A model generated the notes under the pieces. That model was not told the origin of the DNA, searched no databases, and saw only the letters and a list, made by a program, of their open reading frames with translations. Source: Diplonema japonicum (lineage: Eukaryota; Protista; Euglenozoa: Diplonemea). From it: DNA of 64,000 nucleotides. The stretch lies in assembly GCA_964019335.1 (NCBI GenBank), contig OZ025678.1:434001-498000 (forward strand), written 5' to 3'. Below are positions 43,143-53,322 of the stretch, piece by piece. Position 1 is the first letter of the stretch. Each line of letters begins with the position of its first letter. The translations under genes and the position numbers were made by a program.

Positions 43143-44825
43143 ATGAGCGAAGCGAGCAGAATAGCCAGCCCCAGCCCTGTCATTGGTGCTTTATGGGGCA
43201 TCGGTGGTCCAGCCACGCAGTCCTTGGAAAGACCTGACATGGAGCGTGTGTCTGTGTCGCCCAGCCCACGAGACCTTGTGTTCGATATGACAGCTATGCA
43301 GGACAACCCAGGGGCGCCGCCTGTGGCAGGGATGTTCCGGAACGAGGGTGAGATGACACCCCCGCCGGTGCTCTTGACACCTGCCGTGATGCCCGAAAGG
43401 AACCTCTATAAAGAGATTGAAAGGATAGAACAGGAAGAAGAAGAAGAGGAACAGCGGCAGCCTGCCCACGCTCCAGTTCACTATCAGCAAGCGGTTGTTG
43501 CTCCGGCTGTCTCGCCTGCACAACTCTCACCTTGCCCTCTGCCCACCACTCAGCTTATCTCGCCTGCACCGAAGCAATCAAAATCCAAGCGTTCTAAATC
43601 CACCGGTGGTGCCTCCAAGCGGTCCACCAGTAAGGGCCAAGGGTCCAAGCGTGTGACAAGAAGCGACACTGCAGCATCGACAGCGCAGCGTACCGGAAGG
43701 ACCAGCACCCCCCCAGCAGCAAAAGCGCGACAAGGAGAGGCAGCTTCGGCACGCCTTGCCATCTCCCACACTGCCAGGTCGTACCAGCTCGAGAAGCAAA
43801 CGATTATACATAAGCACGAAGAAGAGCTCCGTGAGATGAAGATGAAGTACGAGGACGAAACGAAAGGCTTGCGCAAGACAATTGCGAAAATGCACGCAGA
43901 GTTTGCCACACGGAGGGGCGTCGAGATCTCGTACATCCGCGGGAAGCTAAGTGACAGCAACGACGAAGCAGAGGCGACGAAAATCGCTCTGCAGCATGCA
44001 GCGGAGGAGAACCTTGCGTTGGAGGAGGAGCTTCAGGCGATGCAGACGAAGGCGCAGGCACTGGAAGCGATGCGAGAAGACGACAAGCAGCGTGTGATGG
44101 CAACATTGGAGAACTGGAAGGCACACTATGGAAAGATCGAAGCGGCAAACAACGAGGAGATCACAGCGTTGCGGGACAGAACTACAGAGCAGGAGGGCGC
44201 GCTGGTGAGTTTCAACCACATGAAGCAGCAGCTTATGCGAGCGGAAGAGGAGGCAGAGAAATTAAGCAAACAACTTGAAATGTGCAACCTGCAACTAGAG
44301 CAGAGCAACAAGCGTGCGATGGAGAGCAGCACTGTAATGGAAACAATGTCCGTACACCAGCAAGAAGCCATGGAAGGCAAGGCCAGTATTGAATCCCTGC
44401 AGAACACGGTGGCAGGGCTGCAGCGAAGCAATGCAGTATTCCAAGAAGAGAGAGCTGCGCTGGAAGCGAAGGTGAGGGAAATGCAGGCGGAGGTCACAAG
44501 GCGGATAGCTAGTGAGGCATTGCTACAAGAGGAACTCTCAAATAGCAAGTGTCAAGTGACTGCCGACAAATTGAAGGAGATAGAGCTGTCTGGAAGGCAG
44601 TCGGTATTCCAGTCCGAGCTGCAGGCATCTCACAGCAGGGAAAACATGCAGCACAAGGAGAAGGAGGTACTCCGGTCTCAGATACTCGATCTCACGACCA
44701 AGATGCATAACTCAGACGCCGCTTTGCAGGCCTCCTCACTCCTCGCGCAGCAGCTGGCCTTGGAGAACGAGCGGCTCCGTGATTTGTTGGTTGCCCCTTC
44801 CCACTCCCCGCAGGCTTGTTTGTAA
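43143..44825 (+). CDS. Hypothetical coiled-coil protein
   Basis: 560-aa ORF with Pro/Ser-rich N-terminus and a long heptad E/Q/K/L region. Confidence 0.8.
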   Translation: MSEASRIASPSPVIGALWGIGGPATQSLERPDMERVSVSPSPRDLVFDMTAMQDNPGAPPVAGMFRNEGEMTPPPVLLTPAVMPERNLYKEIERIEQEEEEEEQRQPAHAPVHYQQAVVAPAVSPAQLSPCPLPTTQLISPAPKQSKSKRSKSTGGASKRSTSKGQGSKRVTRSDTAASTAQRTGRTSTPPAAKARQGEAASARLAISHTARSYQLEKQTIIHKHEEELREMKMKYEDETKGLRKTIAKMHAEFATRRGVEISYIRGKLSDSNDEAEATKIALQHAAEENLALEEELQAMQTKAQALEAMREDDKQRVMATLENWKAHYGKIEAANNEEITALRDRTTEQEGALVSFNHMKQQLMRAEEEAEKLSKQLEMCNLQLEQSNKRAMESSTVMETMSVHQQEAMEGKASIESLQNTVAGLQRSNAVFQEERAALEAKVREMQAEVTRRIASEALLQEELSNSKCQVTADKLKEIELSGRQSVFQSELQASHSRENMQHKEKEVLRSQILDLTTKMHNSDAALQASSLLAQQLALENERLRDLLVAPSHSPQACL

Positions 44826-45025
44826 ACCTGCTTTTTTTTCCTTTTCTTTGTAATCATTCATTACTTGTGCAGCCCGAACGTATAATTAACTCCCCTCCCC
44901 CCCCCCCCCCTACCTTGTCTATAAACCCCTGCTCTGTACTTTTCCTCCCAAGAAGAACGCATGGATCTGAAAAAAAGAATGAATAACCATCACAACCTAA
45001 AAGGAATTTTAATAAAAAAAAGAAA

Positions 45026-45505
45026 ATGCCAGGTAAGCTAAGGCTGAAAGGAGACAAGAAGGCGAAGGGAAAAGATGTCAAAAGCGAGGAGGAGAAAAAG
45101 AAGAAGATCTTGGAGGAGATAACGGCGATCGAGGCGGACGGGAAGATGGCGCCCGGGGAGAGGGACAGGAAGATCGCAGAACTGAAGTCTTTTGTGGGAA
45201 CGGGGACAGAAATGGATAAGTGGAAGGATTTTCAAAGTTTTAAGAACGGGGTGGATAAGGAAAAGGTACAGGCACAGCTGGAACGGCTCATCGAAGAAGA
45301 GCAAGCAGAGGAAGAGGAAATAACTGAGAAACACCTAGCAGGCAACAAACGCCTCCTTGCCGCCAAGGCACGCGGGAAGGACATCGACCCCATCTCAATC
45401 TACGGCGACATCAACGGAGGGAAAAGAAAGCGAGACGAAGCACTGAAGAACGAAAGCTTGCTGAACAGAAGATGCAAATTGAAACACGACAGGTGGTCTA
45501 TGTGA
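45026..45505 (+). CDS. Hypothetical charged protein
   Basis: 159-aa K/E-rich ORF with AAA-ATG context. Confidence 0.7.
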   Translation: MPGKLRLKGDKKAKGKDVKSEEEKKKKILEEITAIEADGKMAPGERDRKIAELKSFVGTGTEMDKWKDFQSFKNGVDKEKVQAQLERLIEEEQAEEEEITEKHLAGNKRLLAAKARGKDIDPISIYGDINGGKRKRDEALKNESLLNRRCKLKHDRWSM

Positions 45506-45586
45506 GAGGGCCTCCTCCCTCTGTCCAAAGAAACCGAGTATTTATTTATCCCCCCCATAACCCATCATAAGACACGCAACTCAGGG

Positions 45587-46627
45587 ATGAAGAAAATAAT
45601 GCAGACCACAGCAGCTGTCAGCTCCGGTGTTCTATTCTATAATAAAACTGTTTCAGCAGAGGAGTTGAAGCCTTTAAGCAAGTTCGGTTTGATAGCCGAC
45701 ATACAGACGGCAGACGTGGACGATGCGTGGAACTTCAGCAAAACAGCGTCGCGGAGCTACCGTGGTGCGCTGCAGGCGCTTGGGAGGGCTGTCGACAGCT
45801 GGCATTCAAGTGGTGTGGATTTCGTCGTTAATTTAGGCGACATCATCGACCAGGTGAACGAGACGAACGGCGATTCACGAAGGATCCTTGCCCTCGTGCT
45901 GCAGCATTTCAGCCGTCTGGACGTTCCCGTGTGGCATCTCGTCGGCAACCATGAGCTGTACAACTTCACGCGCGATGAGCTCCTGGATCTCATCCCCGGC
46001 ATTGCTAACAACGGGTGTATGTACCACGACTTCACCCCCGCCAAGGGATGGCGTGCGGTCGTGCTGGACAGCTACGACGTGCATTGCATCAACAACAAGG
46101 AAGCGTCGGAGTTCACCGAAACAGCCTTCCAGATGCTGGAGGAACACAACCCGAACAACGTGAGGGCGGAGCGTGGGACCACGAACTGGAGCGCCGGGAT
46201 GTCCGGTCTGGATGCAAGGTGGGTCCCCTTCAACGGTGCTGTCGGCGAAATTCAGGCAAAATGGCTGAAGAATGTGGTTCGGGACAGCGTCGAGAAAGGA
46301 GAGAAGCTGATCGTCTTCTCGCATGTCCCACTTCTTCCTGGCTGTGCCGCGAGGGCCACCCTCTTATGGAACTACAGCGAAATCCTTGAAATCCTCGACG
46401 GGGGGAACACCATCGCCGTATTTGCGGGTCACGACCACAAAGGCGGGCATGCAGTCTCTCCAACAGGCACCCATCACGTCACTATCCCCTCCCCGCTCAA
46501 CATCACCGGTTCTCTCGACACCGCACACGCCACTGTCGAACTTTATGAGAATTCACTCCGTCTTACAGGCAGCGCCTGTGTCCCATCCTATGAGCTTAAC
46601 TTCACGAATAAAGCTTCTAAACTGTGA
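45587..46627 (+). CDS. ADPRM: Mn-dependent ADP-ribose/CDP-alcohol diphosphatase (metallophosphoesterase)
   Basis: FGLIADIQ.AD.DD, NLGDIID, VGNHELYNF, PFNGAVG..Q..WL, FSHVP, LLWN, FAGHDHKGG. Confidence 0.88.
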   Translation: MKKIMQTTAAVSSGVLFYNKTVSAEELKPLSKFGLIADIQTADVDDAWNFSKTASRSYRGALQALGRAVDSWHSSGVDFVVNLGDIIDQVNETNGDSRRILALVLQHFSRLDVPVWHLVGNHELYNFTRDELLDLIPGIANNGCMYHDFTPAKGWRAVVLDSYDVHCINNKEASEFTETAFQMLEEHNPNNVRAERGTTNWSAGMSGLDARWVPFNGAVGEIQAKWLKNVVRDSVEKGEKLIVFSHVPLLPGCAARATLLWNYSEILEILDGGNTIAVFAGHDHKGGHAVSPTGTHHVTIPSPLNITGSLDTAHATVELYENSLRLTGSACVPSYELNFTNKASKL

Positions 46628-46811
46628 TGATTGCAGTTTTTTCCCATTTCTTTTTGTGTGGATCCCCGTTTTTGAATATGTTTCTCCACACAAAGTTACA
46701 GATAGTTTTTTTTTATCTTTGTTTTTTTTTTTTTTTTTTTTTTTTTTCATTTTCTTTTTAGTTCGCCTTCTAACCTCTTTATGACCACTATTATAAATAC
46801 TACTGCTCTTT

Positions 46812-47828
46812 ATGTACTTACTTCTTCAAGGAGTTATGCTTGTTGTACTGTTAGATGCGACAGAGGACCCCGAAGCGGCGGAGGCATGGCTAGACACAAG
46901 AGATTTGGAATGCCCAAGAAGTATTCAGGTGGTAGCGATCACAACAGAGGGGGAACTAGCTGGAGCTGGGAATGTAGTAGCATGCGGCACTGAGCTTGAA
47001 GCAGCAGCGGAAGGGGGAAAAGTCGTGGGCATGGCAGTAGAGTCGCAAGTTGCTGTGCAGGTTGTGACCTTTAATGATGGTATCCCCAGCGGGGGACGGG
47101 AGGGGAGGTGGACAGGGGTTGTCGAAAACATTGTTGATAAGAAGTCCACTGACCCAGCACCCCCGTCGCTGCACTACTTGATCATAGAACACGCCAAGAA
47201 AGAAGGGAACCCCCCAACTAGCCTCGTGAAGCGTCCGCCTCCTACACGGAAGCCACGACGCACGACAGGCCCGTCTGCCGGCGTTGTCTCAGAATGCCAC
47301 ATTTGCAAGCAAACCCTTTGGAACAACACTGCCCGCAGGTCTCATGCTGCAACTATAGTACCTTGTGGCGTGTGCAGCCGAGAGTTGTGCGACAGGCGAA
47401 TGGTGGCTCATATGCACACACACCCTGTGTGCGAGGATGCGGGTTGTGGGTGCAGAAAGGTCTTCAAAAACATCAAAGATTTGCAGCAGCATGAAAAAGA
47501 GCTCCAATGGCCTGTGCGGTGTGGCAGGTGCAGTAAAAGAGCCAAAAGCGTGCGTGATGCTCGCGAGCACGCCGAGGCAAGCCACACAGGGGTCACACTT
47601 CTTAGCATCGAAATCTTAAACAGGTCTTCCTGGGAACCTTACAAGACTTGCCTGGAATGCGGGTATACCGGCCGCTCACGAACCCACACTTGCACCCGTT
47701 CACAACCAGTTTTCACTAATTCCGCAGCGCCTCCCCCGCCCCCCCCTCGCTCGTCCTCAAGTTCTTCTGCTTCCCCCGCCCAAACCCACCCGTCCTCTGC
47801 CTCGGGATCGTACGACGACGAGAATTAA
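46812..47828 (+). CDS. C2H2-type zinc-finger protein
   Basis: Several CxxC...H..H units (CGVC...HMHTH, CRKVFK....LQQHE, CGRC...HAEASH); start uncertain (46812 or 46836). Confidence 0.6.
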   Translation: MYLLLQGVMLVVLLDATEDPEAAEAWLDTRDLECPRSIQVVAITTEGELAGAGNVVACGTELEAAAEGGKVVGMAVESQVAVQVVTFNDGIPSGGREGRWTGVVENIVDKKSTDPAPPSLHYLIIEHAKKEGNPPTSLVKRPPPTRKPRRTTGPSAGVVSECHICKQTLWNNTARRSHAATIVPCGVCSRELCDRRMVAHMHTHPVCEDAGCGCRKVFKNIKDLQQHEKELQWPVRCGRCSKRAKSVRDAREHAEASHTGVTLLSIEILNRSSWEPYKTCLECGYTGRSRTHTCTRSQPVFTNSAAPPPPPPRSSSSSSASPAQTHPSSASGSYDDEN

Positions 47829-47945
47829 CCCAGCAGGCCATACCGTCTTCGTTTTCTATTTTTTATTGTGTTTATATCTTTCTGTATTACCTCAGTTTTA
47901 TTTATTTGTTCTAAATATTTTTGCCCGCTTTCATCAAAACACAGG

Positions 47946-48968
47946 ATGGACAGTCATAATGACCCCGTCCAGTCGAAGCAAGGCTCTAGACGAGCCTCGT
48001 TGCAAAGCGCGTTCAGCAGAGGAACCCAAGACTCCAAGACACGGCTGGAGGCAGTGAACATCGATGAGGTGCTGGGGTTGGTGGATGCGGAAAGCCGAGA
48101 GAGCAGGGCAGCAAGTGTGGACGCGAGGGACGAATTCGAGAGGGACATCCTAGGGGGCGCACAGCGGGTCATCAACACAATGGGGTTGCAGAGAAAAGGT
48201 AAGAGGCCAGTGAAAGAGACTGTACGGGAAGTGCACCACCACCACTACTATCCGCGGAATTCGAATAAGGCAGCTGAGCCCTCTCGTTACACGGAACAGG
48301 AAGACGGCTACGGCAGTGACAGCGGGCTGTCTTTTCCTACAAGCTGCAGTTCTGTGCCCCCAATGGAGACAGACAGGGAAGCTGTTAAACGAGAGTACCT
48401 CCGCACGCTGCGAGCTGTCGAAGCGGCTGAGCGTTCTCTTCAGCTACAACCAATCAACAACGAGGCCATGCTCATAGACCAGCTGAAGCAGACGGAACAG
48501 CAGGCAAGTGGCTTACGAAACCAACTCGCCATATCTGCAGTTCAGAAGGAACAAGAGACGCGTGCCGCCAAGGACAGGGCAGACGCCTCACACATGGAGG
48601 CACTCCAGACGGCTGCCAGCGCTTTGGAATTGATCGATCTTCAGAACTCGTACTATCCAGCCCCTCAGCAATACTGGCAACAACAGCCAACCGACGGCGC
48701 ATATTATCAGCCTTACTACCAACAGCAAAGCGCTACTATGCAGTACGGCCATGGCCAGCCTTTGCCCCACGAACAGTCCGTTCCCATTCCTTTAGGCTCA
48801 CCTGTCTACAAAGACCAAGAAACGCAGTTTTCAATTCCCAGCCCTGTTCCCACTGACCCTCCCTCTATGAGACGCTCTCCCGTGTCTTCTGTTGCTCCCT
48901 CTGCCTCTGCCCCTGCGTGTGCACCTGCACCTGCACCCGCTCCTGACCGTTATCCTGTATTTTGGTAA
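47946..48968 (+). CDS. Hypothetical protein (coiled coil, Q/Y/P-rich tail)
   Basis: ORF from the ATG at 47946; coding-like composition. Confidence 0.7.
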   Translation: MDSHNDPVQSKQGSRRASLQSAFSRGTQDSKTRLEAVNIDEVLGLVDAESRESRAASVDARDEFERDILGGAQRVINTMGLQRKGKRPVKETVREVHHHHYYPRNSNKAAEPSRYTEQEDGYGSDSGLSFPTSCSSVPPMETDREAVKREYLRTLRAVEAAERSLQLQPINNEAMLIDQLKQTEQQASGLRNQLAISAVQKEQETRAAKDRADASHMEALQTAASALELIDLQNSYYPAPQQYWQQQPTDGAYYQPYYQQQSATMQYGHGQPLPHEQSVPIPLGSPVYKDQETQFSIPSPVPTDPPSMRRSPVSSVAPSASAPACAPAPAPAPDRYPVFW

Positions 48969-49082
48969 TCTATCTGTCCATGTTGCTTTTTTTATTTTCT
49001 TTGTATATTTCTTATGTTCTTCTACGTTTGTCTTAAGAAGGGTTAGTGTTTCCTGGCCTCTCTAACCCACTCAGGATGGTGA

Positions 49083-50507
49083 ATGAAGGTCCCCTCACCA
49101 CCGGAGTTATGTTTGTCGATAAAAATGCAGCGGTTCAAGAGGAGGGAGAAGGAGACGGGTGAGTGGGCCGAGGGCTACTATTTAAAAACCTGCAAAGAGA
49201 GAGGCAACGTGGGCAACGGTTTGGGAATGGAGAGAGTGAAAGTGTTGGGAAGAGAGGTGTGCGAGGCGAAGGGTGTTGTAAGGAAGAATGCTGTGCCGTA
49301 TCGAGGGGTGTCCGGAAGGCTGCAAAGGGCGGTGGAAGGAGCATGGAAGCAGAAAGATGCGCAGGGGATCTCACTGCTCGACGAGCTCCTTGCAAATATC
49401 AACTTCGCGCCTCGTAGATGTGCGATGTCCATCCTCCACGAGGCGTCTCTCATCTTGGGGTGCCTGCATGCATCGAACTTCCCGGATCTCTCCCCCATGC
49501 AGCTGCTCATTCTACACCTGTACTGCACGAATGGGTGCCCAATGATGTCCTGCGACATGAACGACGAGATCCACAGGGCCCTGCAACATCGCACATCTTT
49601 CTACATCCTCAAATGGGCGAAGACCATCGCTGCACTCATGGGCATCGCCAGCTCTGTCGACCACACCGACGGGGGGAATACCTTGTTCGTGAACTGCGGG
49701 TGCAAAGAAGGGTTAGAATGGATGTCGGTCTCCAAAGGAGAAAAGGTGAGCTGGAAGGGCTTCCCTTGCAGTAATGTGGGAAAAAGGGGGCAGATGTACT
49801 TCAAGGTGCGCGGGGGGCTGGGCGGGGTACCGTTATTGAATTTTGGTTCAGACGGGTGCTTGCAGCCCGCAATGCGAGAGTATGAGGTACACGACGTGGT
49901 GGTGAATGGGATAAGCGTTGTGGTGGTTATCACTGCTGTACGTTGTGAAAGGTGGCTGGAAGCAGAAGGATGGCATGAGGGGTACGAATTGTCAGGAAGG
50001 CTAAGGTCAGAGAAGCCCCCAGCAAGCTGCTTTGCACTGCTGACAACGTGCCGCAACCAGCGTGAAGGGCTCCTCTCAGCTGCGTACTCTATCTCGTCGG
50101 CTGTTATGAAGCAAGAAATGCAGAGCCGTTCTTTCATCAGTCACCTCTTCAACACCGCTTTTCAAGAACACGCTAAAATGGGCTGGGCTGGACTTGCCTT
50201 GCGTGTGACCTGTTCTTGCCGCATCGGGAGAATCGATGTTTGCAGCAATTCATCGAAGCACATCACTGTGATCCCGGCCCACTCTAATCCCGCTGTTCAC
50301 ATACCACTCTCTAGGCTTTTTAAGGTGCATGGTCTCGCTGTTTATTTTGCTGACACCTCCGAACACTTCACCCCTTGCAACCTCACTATCGAGGGAAATA
50401 GCACAGGGGTGTTCTCCTCTCTTTACGTCTACCCTGTCCCCCCGCTTGGACCAGACAGAGTCTTCATTGACTTCTCAGGGCATGGTTCCAGGGGGCTCCG
50501 GGTCTGA
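49083..50507 (+). CDS. Hypothetical protein, possibly degenerate ADP-ribosyltransferase-like domain
   Basis: 474-aa ORF; ILHLYCT...IHRAL...KWAKTI...GEKVSWKGF..S...YFKV pattern. Confidence 0.6.
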   Translation: MKVPSPPELCLSIKMQRFKRREKETGEWAEGYYLKTCKERGNVGNGLGMERVKVLGREVCEAKGVVRKNAVPYRGVSGRLQRAVEGAWKQKDAQGISLLDELLANINFAPRRCAMSILHEASLILGCLHASNFPDLSPMQLLILHLYCTNGCPMMSCDMNDEIHRALQHRTSFYILKWAKTIAALMGIASSVDHTDGGNTLFVNCGCKEGLEWMSVSKGEKVSWKGFPCSNVGKRGQMYFKVRGGLGGVPLLNFGSDGCLQPAMREYEVHDVVVNGISVVVVITAVRCERWLEAEGWHEGYELSGRLRSEKPPASCFALLTTCRNQREGLLSAAYSISSAVMKQEMQSRSFISHLFNTAFQEHAKMGWAGLALRVTCSCRIGRIDVCSNSSKHITVIPAHSNPAVHIPLSRLFKVHGLAVYFADTSEHFTPCNLTIEGNSTGVFSSLYVYPVPPLGPDRVFIDFSGHGSRGLRV

Positions 50508-50712
50508 GCCCCAGCGTTTTTTTACAAAATCGCTCTCGCTGGTTCTTGATCCTCCTTTATTTTTGTTTTTCATCAACGAAGAATTGAAAAGAAAGAAGAA
50601 GAAGATTGAATTGGAAAGAAAACCTGTAAAACATTGTGTTTTTTTTTTTTGTTTGTTTCCTCACATTATGCTCAGCTTTTATTCAAGAGGTTGGTACGGT
50701 GTTAGCGACAAA

Positions 50713-52257
50713 ATGTCTGGCCCTTCTGTAGAGTCCGGACGCGAGGATAAAGATGCGCTTGGGTCGGGTGCCAATGCACCAGCGTTTGGGGGTGCCTTCT
50801 TATTTAGTACTACTTCTGAAGCCACGAAGCCGCCTTCTGGTTTTTCTTTCGGCGCGCGCTCCACAGATGTAACTTTTGGTCTCCCGTCACAGGCGGTGTT
50901 CGGTTCCTCTCAAAGCTTCGGAGCGGCTTCGTGTCGCACCCCTACATCCCCGAGCGTTGCAAGTGATGGTTTCAGTTTTCCTAATACGGCGCCAGTGACA
51001 TCTCACGATGTGTCCTCCAGTTCCTCGAATGCTGCAACAAGTGCCTTTGACTTCTCGGTGCCCGTTGCCACAAGTGGTACGGTGCCAGTGACATCTCATG
51101 CGTCTTCCAGTTCCTCGAATGCTGCAGGAAGTGCCTTTGACTTCTCGGTTGCCACAAGTGGTTCGATGCCAGTGACATCTCACGATGTGTCCTCCAGTTC
51201 CTCGAATGCCGCAACAGATACCTTTGACTTCTCGGTGCCCGTTGCAACAAGTAGTTTCAGCTTTTCTAGTACGAAACCGGTGACATCTCACGTTGCATTC
51301 TCCAGTTCCCCGAGTGCTGCAACAGGCGCCTTTGATTTCTCTGGCAGTAGGTTTGCTTCATCTAGTGCCTTGAGTGCAGCAGCTGATTTCAGGCCAGTGG
51401 CATCAGGCAGCAGTGGAGCCTTCGGCTTAAACAAGGCGTTTGGTGCTTCTCCATCAGCATTCCCTTGCAGCGGCTTGTCTGGATTTTCGTACACACCTGC
51501 AGCTGCACCTGGTACCGAACCATTCAACAAGAAGGAAGAGAAGCCTGCAACAAAGGCCGCGGGTAGACACTCGCGGGTGAACGGGGAATGGACGTGCACG
51601 AGATGCAGGAACACGAAGGATATGAATCATGCAATCAAGACTAAGAAGGTATTCGTTTTTTGCGACCATTGTTCAAAGGATGCGTTCTTCAAATGGAATC
51701 CAGCGAAGTTTATTCTCATCAGGGAAAAAAAACCGGAGAAACCGAAGGCAAAGCCTTTCCCAGAGTGCAAGGAGGACCCCTTCGCAGAAATGGCTGGGTC
51801 GGTGAACCCGTTCTCTGCAGTAAGTAGTGACAATCCTTTTGAGTTCGTGTTGCCTGTTGCTTTTGCAGCTGGAACGATCCCGAATTATAAAAAAGAGCAA
51901 GCGGCACACGTAGAGGAGTCATTCGAGGTGCGAGTGGAGAAGGAAGTACAGAAAAGGCTGGCCCAGAGACCCAACCTGGCAGAGATAATGGTGGACGCTT
52001 TACGCCCGTTGACAAAAGAACTGACACAGGACGCTGTGGACCCTGTGACCCTGGAACCATTCATAGACCCTGTTGTGCTGTTCTGTGGGCATGTTGTAGA
52101 CAGATGCACCGTGGTTAAGCTCCACCGGGATGGAAAGACACCATGCCCGATTTGCCGAGCTTCGCACCACGGGGACGTCATCAGCTGCGCGGCGATGGAG
52201 GGCTGCGTCACCACATTGAAGAAGATCAACGAGGTGTTTCTTGCGCACACGGATTAG
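50713..52257 (+). CDS. FG/FxF-repeat protein with C4 zinc finger and C-terminal U-box/RING
   Basis: AFGG, FSFG and four FDFS repeats; GEWTCTRC...CDHC...FKWNP; DPVTLEPFIDPVVLFCGHVVDR...CPICR. Confidence 0.75.
   Translation: MSGPSVESGREDKDALGSGANAPAFGGAFLFSTTSEATKPPSGFSFGARSTDVTFGLPSQAVFGSSQSFGAASCRTPTSPSVASDGFSFPNTAPVTSHDVSSSSSNAATSAFDFSVPVATSGTVPVTSHASSSSSNAAGSAFDFSVATSGSMPVTSHDVSSSSSNAATDTFDFSVPVATSSFSFSSTKPVTSHVAFSSSPSAATGAFDFSGSRFASSSALSAAADFRPVASGSSGAFGLNKAFGASPSAFPCSGLSGFSYTPAAAPGTEPFNKKEEKPATKAAGRHSRVNGEWTCTRCRNTKDMNHAIKTKKVFVFCDHCSKDAFFKWNPAKFILIREKKPEKPKAKPFPECKEDPFAEMAGSVNPFSAVSSDNPFEFVLPVAFAAGTIPNYKKEQAAHVEESFEVRVEKEVQKRLAQRPNLAEIMVDALRPLTKELTQDAVDPVTLEPFIDPVVLFCGHVVDRCTVVKLHRDGKTPCPICRASHHGDVISCAAMEGCVTTLKKINEVFLAHTD
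50991..51340 (+). repeat. Four degenerate ~84-109 bp coding tandem repeats (PVTSH..SSSSSNAA..AFDFS)
   Basis: Units start near 50991, 51084, 51168 and 51277. Confidence 0.85.
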
Positions 52258-52396
52258 ATTAGATCACGATAGATGCGGATACAACAGTTATTCTTCTTTT
52301 TTTTTTTTTTTCCTTCTTCCGAACTTTTTTAAAATCAATGTTTACCCCCCTTTTCTTTTTCCAGGCAGTCCGAATACAGGGGAAGGAAAAAAAGAA

Positions 52397-53146
52397 ATGC
52401 GTCCCAAAACACATAAATACAAAGCGATTGCTGCTTTGTGTATGATCGGGCTGATCGCGTTTGCAATGCTGTATGAGAGACCGGGGAAAGGGATGCATGT
52501 TGAGGTTATTATAGTGCCTGGTGGGGGGCAGACCCCGGAGGGGCCTCCCGAGCACCAGAAGTTGCGTCTTAACGAGGCTGCAAGACTGTACAGAGAAAAG
52601 AAGGGCGAGGTCAAAATACTAGTGCTGTCGGGAGGGACACCGCACAAACCCAACCCAATGGACCCGCATGGGTTCGATATCAAAGAGGGCGAATGCAGTG
52701 CGAAGTACTTGATGAGTGTGCTCAACGTCCCTGGAGACGACATTTTAGAGGAAGACTTTTCGCTAGACACATTGGGGAATGCGTTTTGGGCCAGAACAGT
52801 GCACACGGACCCAGCGGGCTTCAGGAAGCTTACAGTGGTGAACAACCACTGGCACATGCCCAGGACAAAGGCGATTTTTGACTGGGTATTTTCTCTCCCT
52901 CCTGTCCACACTGCCGCGTACAGCATTACTTACGTCGAAGTGGCAGATGGCCTCCCTGACGATATCCTTGAATCCCGTCTTGAGAAAGAGAGCGCTGCCC
53001 TCCCTGGCGTGACGAAGCTGTCCAACACCATTCACACCCTCTCCCAGTTCCACGCTTTCCTCTTCCGAGCGCATGGCGCCTATAAATCGTCAAGGCTTCT
53101 TAAAGAACGCGCCACCATCAACCCCAGTCTGGCTAAGTCTTACTAA
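52397..53146 (+). CDS. DUF218 / YdcF-ElyC-like protein with N-terminal TM
   Basis: IIVPGGG, LVLSGG, EEDFSLDTLGNA, VVNNHWHMPR. Confidence 0.85.
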   Translation: MRPKTHKYKAIAALCMIGLIAFAMLYERPGKGMHVEVIIVPGGGQTPEGPPEHQKLRLNEAARLYREKKGEVKILVLSGGTPHKPNPMDPHGFDIKEGECSAKYLMSVLNVPGDDILEEDFSLDTLGNAFWARTVHTDPAGFRKLTVVNNHWHMPRTKAIFDWVFSLPPVHTAAYSITYVEVADGLPDDILESRLEKESAALPGVTKLSNTIHTLSQFHAFLFRAHGAYKSSRLLKERATINPSLAKSY

Positions 53147-53322
53147 TACACTTTAACTTTTAATTCCTTTTCTTTTTTTTGGGGGGGGGGGGTGAGTCGT
53201 TGCTAACACTCCCTCCTCCCCCCCCCCCCCCCCCCCCCCCACAGTAAGAGCTTTTTTGTTTTACTAGCTTCAGTCACAATAATAATTGTAACAACATCGC
53301 CAACAGGATATTACTTAATTAG

